A DNA stretch of 64,000 nt from Candidatus Bathyarchaeia archaeon (GTDB lineage: Archaea; Thermoproteota; Bathyarchaeia; Bathyarchaeales; Bathycorpusculaceae): assembly GCA_050015395.1 (NCBI GenBank), contig JBEKBM010000001.1, forward strand, positions 1 through 64,000. Reading direction: 5' to 3'. The translations under genes and the position numbers were made by a program. Position 1 is the stretch's first letter. Each line of letters opens with the position of its first letter. The notes under the pieces were generated by a model. It had not been told where the DNA came from and made no database searches. It worked only from the letters and a program-made list of their open reading frames with translations. Positions 19,622-29,263 of this stretch are shown piece by piece.

Positions 19622-21733
19622 ATGACGAAAGTACGAGACCCAGTATGTGGCATGGACGTTGACACGGAAACAGCCATAAGCCGCAAAATAGGCGACCGAA
19701 CCTACTATTTCTGCAGCCAACAATGCGCCGACGTCTACACGGCACCCGAACGTGAACTGAAAGCTATGCAGCGCAGAGTGGCAGTCACTTTAATCGGCGT
19801 GGTAGCAGCCCTTGGATTAAAGGTAGTTACGCTTTTCGGTCTCTTGGCGGCAGTAATGTATTTTGAGGTAAGCGGCGGGCTACAAGTCGTTAACCTTGCC
19901 GTATTCGCGGTATCGACACCTGTCGTGTGGATAGCAGGCTTCCGCATATACAAGGGTGCATACCTGTCGCTGAAGAACCGCAACGTAAACATGGATGTAC
20001 TAGTCACTGTCGGTGTCCTAGCAGGCTGGACATACGGAGCCCTAAGCCTATTCGTTTTACCAAGGGCTAGCACAGGAGTAAACTATCTTGATGTAGCCAT
20101 TGGCATACTTGCATTTGTTCTGCTGGGCAAATACATCGAAGAATTAATTCGACGCCGTTCCGCGGCATCAATACGAAAACTGCTCGAACTTCAACCAACC
20201 ATGGCCAGAGTCGTCAGAGACGGAAAAGAAACCGACATGCCAATAGAGGAAGTGCAAGTAGGCGACACAATCATCGTTAAACCAGGCGAAAAAATCCCAA
20301 TCGACGGCACCGTAACCGCAGGCTACTCATCAGTAGACGAAAAACTCCTCACTGGCGAAAGCATCCCTGTCGAGAAAACTGTCGGAAGCGAAGTCATCGG
20401 CGCCACAATCAACAAAACTGGGCTCTTAACCATAAAAGCCACACGAATCGGCGACGAAACCGCTCTATCACAAATAGTTCACCTTGTTGAAGAGGCCCAA
20501 GCTTCAAGTGCTCCAGTGCAAAGGTTCGCCGACCGTGTCATCAGATGGTTTGTTCCCATGATATTTACTGTTGCCGCCATCTCATTTGGCTACTGGTACA
20601 TAACAAGCGGCTTCAATTTTGCAAAGGCATTCTTAGTCCTGCTGGCTGTGCTGTTAATCTCTTGCCCATGCGCTTTAGGCATAGCCACTCCGACAGCCAT
20701 CCTCGCAGGTGTCGGAAAAGGAGCCGAGTACGGCGTACTCCTACGGAGCGGAGAATACGTTGAAAAAGCAAGAAAACTCACAACCGTCGTATTCGACAAA
20801 ACCGGCACCTTGACAAAGGGAGAACCAAGCGTAACCGACATCAAAACCTACAACGCCTACACTCAACAAAGCGTGCTACGATATGCAGGTACCGCTGAGA
20901 AAGGTTCAGAACATCCCTTGGCAGAAGCAATACTTGGCAAAGCCGAAGCCGCTAAAGTAGACATTCTTCAATCCGACAGTTTTGAAGCCTTACCCGGCAG
21001 AGGTGTCCAATGCATTGTCGGCGGCAAAAAGGTGCTACTTGGGAACCGCAAGTTAATGCAGGAACAAAACGTTTCCATCAGCGAGTTAGAAGCTGATCTT
21101 ACAGCGCTGGAAGCGCAAGGAAAAACCGTCATGATACTAGCCGTCGATGGCAGTGCTGCTGGGTTAATTGCGGCAATGGATACTCCGAAAGAGAGCGCCG
21201 CCGAAGCCATAGAGCAGCTCAAGGGCATGAATCTGGAAGTTGCAATGCTGACAGGAGATAACGAACGAACCGCCAAGGCTATAGCCCAACAGTTAGGCAT
21301 AACTCAGGTTATTGCGAATGTTCTGCCATGGCAAAAGGTAGACGCCATCAAAAAGTTGCAGAAAGAAGGAAAAGTTGTAGCTATGGTTGGTGACGGAATC
21401 AACGACGCGCCAGCACTGGCACAGGCAGATATTGGTATTGCGATTGGAAGCGGAACTGACATTGCCAAAGAAACAGGCGGCATAGTGCTCATAAGAGATG
21501 ACTTGCGAGACGTAGCCTTAGGTGTTGAGCTAAGCAAGAAAACCATGCGCAAAATTGACACTAACCTGTTTTGGGCTTTCGGTTACAATGCAGTTATGAT
21601 TCCAATTGCAGCCGCAGGCTTGCTGAACCCCATGTATGCGGCTGGGGCAATGGCGATAAGTAGTTTAACCGTAGTCAGTAACTCGGCACTTCTGAAGCTG
21701 GCTAAGTTTAAATCAAGCAAAGTAAATCAATAA
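19622..21733 (+). CDS. copA: P1B-type Cu(I)-translocating ATPase with N-terminal YHS domain
   Basis: [38 protein letters not shown] and MAISS motifs. Confidence 0.95.
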   Translation: MTKVRDPVCGMDVDTETAISRKIGDRTYYFCSQQCADVYTAPERELKAMQRRVAVTLIGVVAALGLKVVTLFGLLAAVMYFEVSGGLQVVNLAVFAVSTPVVWIAGFRIYKGAYLSLKNRNVNMDVLVTVGVLAGWTYGALSLFVLPRASTGVNYLDVAIGILAFVLLGKYIEELIRRRSAASIRKLLELQPTMARVVRDGKETDMPIEEVQVGDTIIVKPGEKIPIDGTVTAGYSSVDEKLLTGESIPVEKTVGSEVIGATINKTGLLTIKATRIGDETALSQIVHLVEEAQASSAPVQRFADRVIRWFVPMIFTVAAISFGYWYITSGFNFAKAFLVLLAVLLISCPCALGIATPTAILAGVGKGAEYGVLLRSGEYVEKARKLTTVVFDKTGTLTKGEPSVTDIKTYNAYTQQSVLRYAGTAEKGSEHPLAEAILGKAEAAKVDILQSDSFEALPGRGVQCIVGGKKVLLGNRKLMQEQNVSISELEADLTALEAQGKTVMILAVDGSAAGLIAAMDTPKESAAEAIEQLKGMNLEVAMLTGDNERTAKAIAQQLGITQVIANVLPWQKVDAIKKLQKEGKVVAMVGDGINDAPALAQADIGIAIGSGTDIAKETGGIVLIRDDLRDVALGVELSKKTMRKIDTNLFWAFGYNAVMIPIAAAGLLNPMYAAGAMAISSLTVVSNSALLKLAKFKSSKVNQ

Positions 21734-21748
21734 AATGTCTAACGTGAG

Positions 21749-21946
21749 GTGAAAATGATTATGGCTAAAGATCCAGTTTGCGGCATGATGGTTGACGAGA
21801 AAAAAGCAAAATTTAAATCTGATTACAACGGCAAAACTTTCTATTTCTGTGCCTCCTCCTGCAAAACCACTTTCGACAAAGACCCAGCAAAATACGCTGG
21901 CGTCTCTGGGAAGCCAGGACATAGTTGCAGTTACGGAGGACACTAA
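21749..21946 (+). CDS. YHS-domain copper chaperone
   Basis: KDPVCGMMVD...FYFCASSCK..F..DP.KY. Confidence 0.9.
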   Translation: MKMIMAKDPVCGMMVDEKKAKFKSDYNGKTFYFCASSCKTTFDKDPAKYAGVSGKPGHSCSYGGH

Positions 21947-22030
21947 ACCTTTAGTGTTAAGTTTCTAACTGCCATTTAAGCTAAAGTTTCACTGTTGCCT
22001 TTTTGATTCACTCGTTAACTGCTCCCTTTT

Positions 22031-22675
22031 CTAGAACGCGCCCAACAGCACATGCTCCGCAAACAGGTCCTCATTGAATGCTCCAACAAATTCTACTTTC
22101 TCATTAATAACTATCTTCGGTACACCAATTACATTGTACTTCAGGGCTAAATCTGGAAACTCGCTGGTTTCTATCACGTCCGCTTTCACCAAGTCGCTTT
22201 CGATAGCCAATTTATGTGCAACCGCCGCCGCAACAGGACAATGGGGGCAGGTTAGTGTAACGAAGACTTGAATGTGAACCGGAGATTTGACCTCTTTTAG
22301 AATTGACTTAGTGTTGTCTGAAAGGTCAGTTTTGCCTCTTGAAACATTAATGATTGCTTCAATTAAAGTTTGAAGTTCATACCCGTATGGTATCCCGTAA
22401 ATTCGCACGCCATAATCTTTTTTGCCTATTATTGCTAAGGCTGGAATTTTGTCGATGCCGTATTCTTTGGCTTTAGCGCCATCAGCTACAAAATCGTAAA
22501 TCTCCGTCGTTATCTTGTCATTGAGAGTGGCTAAGTCTTGTACTAGTTTTCTTGTGTCAGAGCAGAAATGGCACTCAAACTCTTGGGTAAACATGACAAT
22601 TTTAACTGGGTCGACCAGTTTCTCCTTAAAATCGTTTTTAAGTAGTTCTTTCTTGTCATCAGGAATCAAACTCAT
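22031..22675 (-). CDS. Protein disulfide oxidoreductase (two thioredoxin folds)
   Basis: CHFC and CPHC motifs, GIPYGYE. Confidence 0.92.
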   Translation of the reverse strand: MSLIPDDKKELLKNDFKEKLVDPVKIVMFTQEFECHFCSDTRKLVQDLATLNDKITTEIYDFVADGAKAKEYGIDKIPALAIIGKKDYGVRIYGIPYGYELQTLIEAIINVSRGKTDLSDNTKSILKEVKSPVHIQVFVTLTCPHCPVAAAVAHKLAIESDLVKADVIETSEFPDLALKYNVIGVPKIVINEKVEFVGAFNEDLFAEHVLLGAF

Positions 22676-23153
22676 AAAAACCTACCTTCATATTCGCCTT
22701 GCCAATTTTTGCACTTGGCAAATATAAAGTAAGCTGACAGAGGCATATATTGATTTTTTATTTTTACGCATATACGATAACATACAAAGAAGCCGGGCTT
22801 ACCCCAAGACATACCACTTTTAACTAGTCGGGCAACCGAGCAAATAGTATACCTCTAAGCCTTCTTGAGCCAATTTCCATAGCAAATGACTTACTTACCA
22901 ATACCCTAATTTTGATAAGGCAGTTCACAAACAAAAAATGGCCCGACCCCTATCTTTTTTGGCGCAGTTTTACCAGCTAAAAAGTACCCCCCTCCCTCCT
23001 ACCCGATTTTGCTAGGAGGCCAACAGCAAAATTGACCGCTCTTCCTTCCATCTATGGCAAACTTGATACGCCCTGAGGTTTTTCAAAAATTCGTAAAACG
23101 CAATCCATATAAACGCTTGAAAACATTCAAAACTTGATTTTTGCAACCTTAAA

Positions 23154-23587
23154 TTGGAGCGCGAAAACTTGACCGCAAAAATCTATGCAAACGCCAAGTT
23201 AATTGAAGGCTTCCAAATAGCCCTTGACGATAACGAAGCACACAGTTACATAGTGGACCTTGCACCTGACCTGGGAACAGGACTTGGAGCTACATCCCTT
23301 GAACTTTGCGTCATGAGCCACGTAGGCTGTTATGCCACAATTTGCGTCTTGACAGCTAAGAAAATGCGTTTAGAACCCAAAGGGTTAAAAGTTAAGGTTA
23401 AAGCCGTAAAATCGGATGAAACAGGAACCATAGCTGAGGAGACCTTTGATATACAAATTAAAACTGATGCGCCGCAGGATAGAATTGAAAGGCTGCATAA
23501 GTTAACGCTTGAAAATTGCCTGTAGGAATCCTTTTTGAGAAGGTAGGCGTTAAAATAAGTTATAGAGTAAACGTGACAAAGGAGTGA
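23154..23587 (+). pseudogene. OsmC-family protein, frameshifted near the C-terminus
   Basis: Restoring one base at ~23520 changes ENCL* to ENCPVGILFEKVGVKISYRVNVTKE*, ending at 23587 where it overlaps the upstream GTG (23584) of the fprA frame. Confidence 0.75.
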
Positions 23588-23595
23588 AAGATATT

Positions 23596-24783
23596 ATGGT
23601 TAATGTTGTTTTGAAGGAAGGAGTAAACTGGGTTGGAGTTGTCGATTGGAACTTACGAGATTTTCACGGCTTCATTACCCGCCGAGGAAGCACCTATAAC
23701 GCATACTTGATTTCAGATGAAAAGATAGCGCTCGTAGATACCGTGAAAAGCAATTTCTCAAATGAGCTTATCGAGCACATCTCGGAGTTAACGAGTCTTG
23801 AAAAAATTGATTACATAATAGTTAATCATGTGGAGATGGACCATTCAAGCAGCTTGCCAGTGATTGCGAAGCTTGCGAAAAACGCCAAGATACTTGCTTC
23901 TCAAAGAGGAAAAGATGCCTTAATCGAGCATTACGGGGCAGACTTCAACGTGGTTGAAACCGTTAAAAGTGGCGATGAACTGAAGCTCGGAAAGCGTACT
24001 TTGCGGTTTATTGAGGCGCCTATGCTGCATTGGCCAGACAGCATGTTCACCTACATAGTTGAAGACAAAATCCTTATGCCAAACGATGCTTTCGGGCAGC
24101 ATCTTGCCAGTTCAGGGCGCTTTGATGACGAGGTTGATGAGTGCGCGCTTATGGAAGAAGCCATAACGTATTATGCTAATATTTTGATGCCTTTTGCACC
24201 GCTGATAACAAGGAAGATTCAGGAAGTTGTTCAGATGGGGATTCCTATCGAGATGATTGCGCCAAGCCACGGCATAATTTGGCGAAAAGACCCGTCGAAG
24301 ATAATTAATGCTTACTTGAACTGGAGCTCCGGCGCGGCTAAACAGAAGGCGGTTGTGGTTTTTGATACCATGTGGGGAAGCACAGACAAAATGGCAAGAG
24401 CCATAGCAGACGGCATAACCAGCGGAGGCGTCGAAGTTAAACTTCTCAAGCTTCGAGCAACAGACAACACCGACGTAGTAACCGAAATTCTCGACGCAAA
24501 GGCGGTGATTGTGGGTTCGCCAACGCTAAACAATCAGATGTTTCCCAGTTTAGGCTCGTTTTTAACGTACATAACTGGATTGAAACCTAAAGGTAAACTT
24601 TGGGGTTTCTTTGGCTCTTACGGCTGGGGAGGAGGAGCAGTTAAAGGCATGGTTGATATGGCGAAAAAGGCTGGCTTTGAAGTGCATGAACCAAGCGTTG
24701 AAGTAAAATATGTTCCAGACGAGGAAGATTTGAAAAAATGTTTTGATTTTGGGCAGCAAATAGCCCAAAAAATCAAATCTTAA
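23596..24783 (+). CDS. fprA: Flavodiiron protein (A-type flavoprotein)
   Basis: GSTYNAYL, NHVEMDHS, HWPDSM, DAFGQH, PSHG, TMWGST, GSYGWGG. Confidence 0.95.
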   Translation: MVNVVLKEGVNWVGVVDWNLRDFHGFITRRGSTYNAYLISDEKIALVDTVKSNFSNELIEHISELTSLEKIDYIIVNHVEMDHSSSLPVIAKLAKNAKILASQRGKDALIEHYGADFNVVETVKSGDELKLGKRTLRFIEAPMLHWPDSMFTYIVEDKILMPNDAFGQHLASSGRFDDEVDECALMEEAITYYANILMPFAPLITRKIQEVVQMGIPIEMIAPSHGIIWRKDPSKIINAYLNWSSGAAKQKAVVVFDTMWGSTDKMARAIADGITSGGVEVKLLKLRATDNTDVVTEILDAKAVIVGSPTLNNQMFPSLGSFLTYITGLKPKGKLWGFFGSYGWGGGAVKGMVDMAKKAGFEVHEPSVEVKYVPDEEDLKKCFDFGQQIAQKIKS

Positions 24784-24788
24784 CTTTT

Positions 24789-25292
24789 TTATGTTATTTT
24801 CATGAATTTCTCTTTAGGCGTTGCGCAGATTGGGCACTTGTCGGGCGCTGAGCCTTCAAACGTGTTTCCGCAGACGGGGCACACGTAATAGTCTACCTTG
24901 GCAGGTTCTTTTTTGTTTTTCAATGCATCAAGTGCTTTCTGGTATAAGCCTGCGTGGATTTGCTCAACCTTGTTTGCGAAATCAAAGCTAATTTCAGCGT
25001 GTTTATTTCCTTCCTTCTTGGCGTCAGCGATGAATTCGGGATACATTTTTTTGAACTCGTATGTTTCTCCAGTAATCGCAGTGCCTAAGTTTTCAGCGGT
25101 TGATTTTACTTGTCCAGTTACCTGCAAATGGTTTAGAGCGTGGACTGTTTCTGCTTCAGCCGCCGCTTTAAATAGTTTAGCAATCTGTGTTAAGCCTTCT
25201 TCCTCCGCCTTCTTAGCGAAAGCCAAATACAATCTGTTCGCTTGGGATTCGCCTGCAAAAGCAGCTTTCAGGTTCTCATCAGTTTTAGTCAT
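24789..25292 (-). CDS. rbr: Rubrerythrin
   Basis: AFAGESQAN, AETVHA, GETYE, VEQIH, CPVCG..CPIC. Confidence 0.95.
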   Translation of the reverse strand: MTKTDENLKAAFAGESQANRLYLAFAKKAEEEGLTQIAKLFKAAAEAETVHALNHLQVTGQVKSTAENLGTAITGETYEFKKMYPEFIADAKKEGNKHAEISFDFANKVEQIHAGLYQKALDALKNKKEPAKVDYYVCPVCGNTFEGSAPDKCPICATPKEKFMKIT

Positions 25293-25452
25293 AAAACTCA
25301 CCAGAAAATAGTTAATCAAAAGCAGGTAATAAGCTATACTCACGCTCTAAGTGTCTAACCTTGTTTTTTAAAGAATTGAGCCTCTCATTTTGCTTATGGT
25401 AAAGTATATTAGTTGTTTTTTCCTTTGGTTTGTTTGATTTTTGGTGAATTTT

Positions 25453-26064
25453 ATGGAGAAAGTAAAATCGTTTAGTCTACCAAAACTGCCCTATGACTAT
25501 AATGCTCTAGCACCATACATTTCAGAGCAACAACTAAAACTCCACCACGACAAGCACCATCAAGCCTACGTGAACGGTGCAAACGCGGCTTTTGAAAAAC
25601 TTGACAAGGCACGCAGCGAAAACGCTGACGTCGATATGAAAGCCATGCTGAAAGAGTTATCCTTCAACGTCGGAGGACATATCTTGCACACTGCATTCTG
25701 GGAAAACATGGCGCCAGCAGGCAAAGGCGGAGGAAAACCAGGCGGAGCCGTAGCCGACATGATTGATATGGGCTTTGGAAGCTTCGAGCGGTTCAAAAAG
25801 GAATTCACGATGGCTGCTACAAGCGTTGAAGGTTCAGGATGGGCTGCCTTAGCCGTGCACCCATGCATCGGAAGACCACTGATAATGCAAATCGAAAAAC
25901 ACAACATGAACGTTTACCCAACATTCAACATCTTGATGGTTTTGGATGTTTGGGAACACGCTTACTACTTGGACTACAAGAACGAGCGGCCAAAGTTCGT
26001 TGAAGCCTTCTGGAACATCGTCAACTGGGATAAAGTTAACAAAAACCTTAGCCTCGTAAAGTAA
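25453..26064 (+). CDS. sod: Fe/Mn superoxide dismutase
   Basis: [29 protein letters not shown]. Confidence 0.97.
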   Translation: MEKVKSFSLPKLPYDYNALAPYISEQQLKLHHDKHHQAYVNGANAAFEKLDKARSENADVDMKAMLKELSFNVGGHILHTAFWENMAPAGKGGGKPGGAVADMIDMGFGSFERFKKEFTMAATSVEGSGWAALAVHPCIGRPLIMQIEKHNMNVYPTFNILMVLDVWEHAYYLDYKNERPKFVEAFWNIVNWDKVNKNLSLVK

Positions 26065-26278
26065 GCTTACGGCTTACCTTTTTCTTATTTTTTGTGTGCA
26101 GATAAGCAACTAAAATGACCGCTCCGACTCATTTTTCTGAAAAGCGTTTTTCAAGCTCCTTTTATTGTTCAGGGCTTGTATTTGGTTTAGGCTGGGGCTA
26201 GAAAAGGTAAAATTTGGTTAAAAAAGGTTAAAAAAGGTGCAAAAAGGCAAAAAAGGCTACAGCAAATCAGCGCTTGTT

Positions 26279-26596
26279 TTATGGTGGCGGGGTGATTTTT
26301 ATCGCTTGCGCTGGACACTGCATTTCGCATGCTAAGCATTGTATGCAGTCGTTTTCGCGGGCAGGGTCAGATTTCCTCTCAGAAAGCGGGTGCCCAGGAG
26401 ATTCAGCCCAATCATACAATGAAACGGGGCAAACGTCTATGCATACTCCGTCTCCAATGCAGGAATCCCAGTCTACAGCACTGGATGTCCCATGAATACC
26501 CAGTTTCAGCGGGGCTTCAACTGGTCCCCAAACTTTATGTCCGTTATGTTCGCCGACAACTTGGCGTTTTGTTTGAAAATCAGGGTCTATTGGCAT
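26279..26596 (-). CDS. zfx: Zinc-containing ferredoxin (Sulfolobus/Thermoplasma Zfx type)
   Basis: N-terminal VVGEHNGHKVWGPVE..LGIHGT extension, CIGDGVCIDVCP, CIQCLACEMQCP. Confidence 0.85.
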   Translation of the reverse strand: MPIDPDFQTKRQVVGEHNGHKVWGPVEAPLKLGIHGTSSAVDWDSCIGDGVCIDVCPVSLYDWAESPGHPLSERKSDPARENDCIQCLACEMQCPAQAIKITPPP

Positions 26597-26678
26597 AAAA
26601 ATTCACCATATTAATATTAAATTCAGAAAAACCTGAATATTAGGTTTTCTACTCAGAGATACTGTTAAGTTATTTGAC

Positions 26679-27206
26679 CTAAATGGATGAGCCACAGATT
26701 TGGTCGAGTTGATGCAACAGTTCTTTTGAGAGATAGAACCTACAGTTTTTGATTGCGCTGCGTATGTTTCTTAAATCTTGTCGGGTTAAAAAATCGTTGT
26801 CTTTCATTTCTTTGATTATGCCGATTGTTCCGATTACCTTCACTTTCAGAAGGTTGCAGACATTTCGAGCAAACATTTCATCAATTACACAAATAAACTC
26901 GGTATGTTGGCGAGCGTAAGAAACAACCCAAATTTCGCCAGAAGTTGACTCATAGTAGAAGTAAGGAAGCAACTCAACATCTAGCTTCACATCAGTTGGG
27001 CTAAAAACTTCTCTGAATGCATCAGCATTCGGTTTAGGGTTTTCACTATCCCCCATACAATATTCTTCCATGACGCGAGTAGGTGCTGTTATGGTAAATT
27101 TGTTAGAGAATGCCAACAACTGCGCTTTTAGTTGGCACTTTTCAAGAAGCATTATCGACGGTGAAGTATCAAAAACATACTTCTTTTTACTTGCAGAGAG
27201 AGCCAA
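26679..27206 (-). CDS. PIN-domain nuclease (DUF3368-like)
   Basis: VFDTS, V.EE, GE, IDE..AR, GTIGII motifs. Confidence 0.8.
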   Translation of the reverse strand: MALSASKKKYVFDTSPSIMLLEKCQLKAQLLAFSNKFTITAPTRVMEEYCMGDSENPKPNADAFREVFSPTDVKLDVELLPYFYYESTSGEIWVVSYARQHTEFICVIDEMFARNVCNLLKVKVIGTIGIIKEMKDNDFLTRQDLRNIRSAIKNCRFYLSKELLHQLDQICGSSI

Positions 27207-27750
27207 GGAAATCTTTCTCGCTCATGTCAAGCCACTTAGCGGCTGTAGTTGAATTTATGCGACCCTTCAGGAAAAGACTCTGAACAAGAGGTACTCTCTT
27301 TTTTTCTAACCTTGAAAACTCGGTAGAATTAACAACTGATTCAGGAATGAGACGATACATAAAGTACATCAGCTCATCAGGGGTCAAGTCATTTAGTTGT
27401 TGTTTGGCGAAAATCAATTTTTCAAGGTCTTTCCTGTCTAGACCAGACAGCAACTTTTCGGCTATTTCTTGCCCTTCTTCTGTAAGAACATAGTTCTTAT
27501 CGTCTTTTTCTACTAAGCCAGAGTCTTGGAGTGTCTCAAGGTTCTTTTCTAACTCGTATGAGACAACTCCTAGTTTAAAGTTCGAGAACCTGATTTCTGT
27601 TGTGTTTCTTAGGTACTCAAAATAACGGATTATCTTGTGCAAGTGAATGATGTCCATTTCTTTGCGGTCGCATCGGTCTTTTAACTGCAAAACCATAAGT
27701 GAATATTTCCTTGAAGGCGCGTTAAGACCGTAATCCTCGATATAGCACAT
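27187..27750 (-). CDS. Winged-helix protein with C-terminal UPF0175-like HTH (putative antitoxin)
   Basis: LHKI..F, G..S.EL...LE.L...GLV...YVLTEEG wHTH (Panacea/YwgA-like); LFLKGRINSTTAAKWLDMSEKDFL; overlaps the PIN gene by 20 bp. Confidence 0.65.
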   Translation of the reverse strand: MCYIEDYGLNAPSRKYSLMVLQLKDRCDRKEMDIIHLHKIIRYFEYLRNTTEIRFSNFKLGVVSYELEKNLETLQDSGLVEKDDKNYVLTEEGQEIAEKLLSGLDRKDLEKLIFAKQQLNDLTPDELMYFMYRLIPESVVNSTEFSRLEKKRVPLVQSLFLKGRINSTTAAKWLDMSEKDFLGSLCK

Positions 27751-27784
27751 AGTTTTAAATGTTGAACAACTTGATTAAATATTT

Positions 27785-28864
27785 ATGGGACAAATATTTA
27801 AAATCCAAGAAAAGGGTCGAGATGAAGAACTAGGGCTAATCAAGAAGCAAATAACATCCGACAATAGCAACTTTTGCTTTGATAGTCCCGTTGTTTCGCA
27901 AAGAGCCAACAAATTTGACCCTGACATAAAGATTCAGGAAATTATTCGACATATTGACGAAAAAGTAGTTGACTCTTTGGTAACTAGACACATAAAGCCC
28001 TTTGCCGATGCTGTTAAAGAAGAATTTGCAACTGATAAGCTAAACGCTACACTTTTTGACTTTAAGTATAATGATTTTCCGAGCGACGATAACCTTAGGG
28101 TAATTGCTCATGCCTTGCATGGGGCAAGTGACAAAGTGGTGTTTCTACCTACAGTAAAGAAAGCATTACTTATGGGCGATAGGCCTGGGCTTAAAACGCC
28201 TAGCCTTAGCTTGGATAGAATAGAATCTTACAAAAAAATGATGAAGCTAATAATAGACGAGATAAGGATGCCTAAGAACGGCAAAGAAATTGTCGGCATG
28301 GTTCCATTTCTGCCATCCAAGTTTGCTAGACCAATAATTGATTTTTATGCTTCTGAGGGCATTCGAGCTTTTGCAATTGATTGCGGTTTCAATGATATAA
28401 TGGATTACGAAGATGACTTTGCGTATCTTCTTTCCACAATAAAGAAGTCGGTTATTCCTCTGGAACAGACTGTAATTTTTGCGTTTAACGCTGGCATAGG
28501 ACCATCCTATGAAGCGACCGAGATTGTGTCAGATGATTTCTTAGGCGTTTTTGCGTATGTTGATGTTTTAGGTTCTACTTTCAAACAGAGAGGTGGTGGC
28601 GACAGCGAACCTAGAGCAAAAGTCTTTTCAAGAGACAAATATGCGTATGACATTCGGCGTTATCCAGATTTGCGACCGCAATTTGGGAAATATGTGAACC
28701 CTGCTACTATACGAAACTTCAACAAATCTGAGCAACGGAAAGAGACAGCGAAAATTCGTGATTTAGTTGGGGTAGAGAAGATGAAAAAATATTTAGCTAC
28801 TAAACCTGCGGTAAATCAGGATTCGATGAAGCACTTGGAATCCATTGCTCGGAAGATAGGTTAG
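27785..28864 (+). CDS. Hypothetical alpha/beta-barrel protein, possibly a divergent TGT-like fold
   Basis: 359-aa ORF with alternating strand/helix pattern (VVFLP, IVGMVP, AFAID, IFAFN, VDVLG). N-terminal F.I...DSP start recalls TGT. No DSGG or Zn-site motif. Confidence 0.55.
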   Translation: MGQIFKIQEKGRDEELGLIKKQITSDNSNFCFDSPVVSQRANKFDPDIKIQEIIRHIDEKVVDSLVTRHIKPFADAVKEEFATDKLNATLFDFKYNDFPSDDNLRVIAHALHGASDKVVFLPTVKKALLMGDRPGLKTPSLSLDRIESYKKMMKLIIDEIRMPKNGKEIVGMVPFLPSKFARPIIDFYASEGIRAFAIDCGFNDIMDYEDDFAYLLSTIKKSVIPLEQTVIFAFNAGIGPSYEATEIVSDDFLGVFAYVDVLGSTFKQRGGGDSEPRAKVFSRDKYAYDIRRYPDLRPQFGKYVNPATIRNFNKSEQRKETAKIRDLVGVEKMKKYLATKPAVNQDSMKHLESIARKIG

Positions 28865-28981
28865 GCAACTCCTACGTTTTTTTTGATTTTTTTCTCCCAT
28901 TCAACATGAGTTAGTATGCCCTTGTGTTCCAGAACGCTTAAAATAGGCACTTATATAATAAAAGGTGAGAAGAAAAATAGT

Positions 28982-29061
28982 GCGGGCATAACATAGCTCG
29001 GTTAAGTGTGATGGCTCCTCCGAAGCTGGAAACGTGGGTTCAAATCCCACTACCCGCACCA
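28982..29061 (+). tRNA. Atypical tRNA-Gly(TCC)-like gene
   Basis: Cloverleaf: GCGGGCA/TACCCGC acceptor (one C-A mismatch), ACAT/GTGT D stem, TGGCT-CCTCCGA-AGCTG anticodon arm, GTGGG-TTCAAAT-CCCAC, A73 and encoded CCA; TTATATAA about 25-30 nt upstream. Confidence 0.7.
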
Positions 29062-29263
29062 TTATAGTTATTTTATGATGAGGTTATAGATTTGTTTTGT
29101 GGTTCAAGCGGATTTTGTTATCACTTCTCCACCATACGAAGATGTACTCAGTAACCCCTTTGATGCCAGCAACTATTGGGTCAAATAACTTAACAGTATC
29201 CTACTCAGGGTTCTTCCACAAAACATTTTTGGGATAACTATCCTATTATTTTAGGTGGTTTGA

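Larger units (their letters stand above)
26658..29200. mobile_element. Non-autonomous transposon (cargo cassette, no transposase)
   Basis: Perfect 22-bp inverted repeats GATACTGTTAAGTTATTTGACC (26658-26679 and reverse complement 29179-29200). Flanks CTACTCAGA (26649-26657) and CTACTCAGG (29201-29209). Confidence 0.85.

Noticed and set aside
23523-23525. TAG in OsmC as possible pyrrolysine readthrough
   Set aside because: The conserved continuation is in a different frame, so this is a frameshift and not readthrough.
26201-26260. AAAAAGG tandem-like repeats
   Set aside because: They read as oligo-T tracts on the minus strand directly downstream of zfx, consistent with an ordinary archaeal terminator region.
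28862-28940. Minus-strand fragment SVLEHKGILTHVEWEKKIKKNVGVA*
   Set aside because: Looks like a remnant of a small gene but has no start codon and is too short to call.
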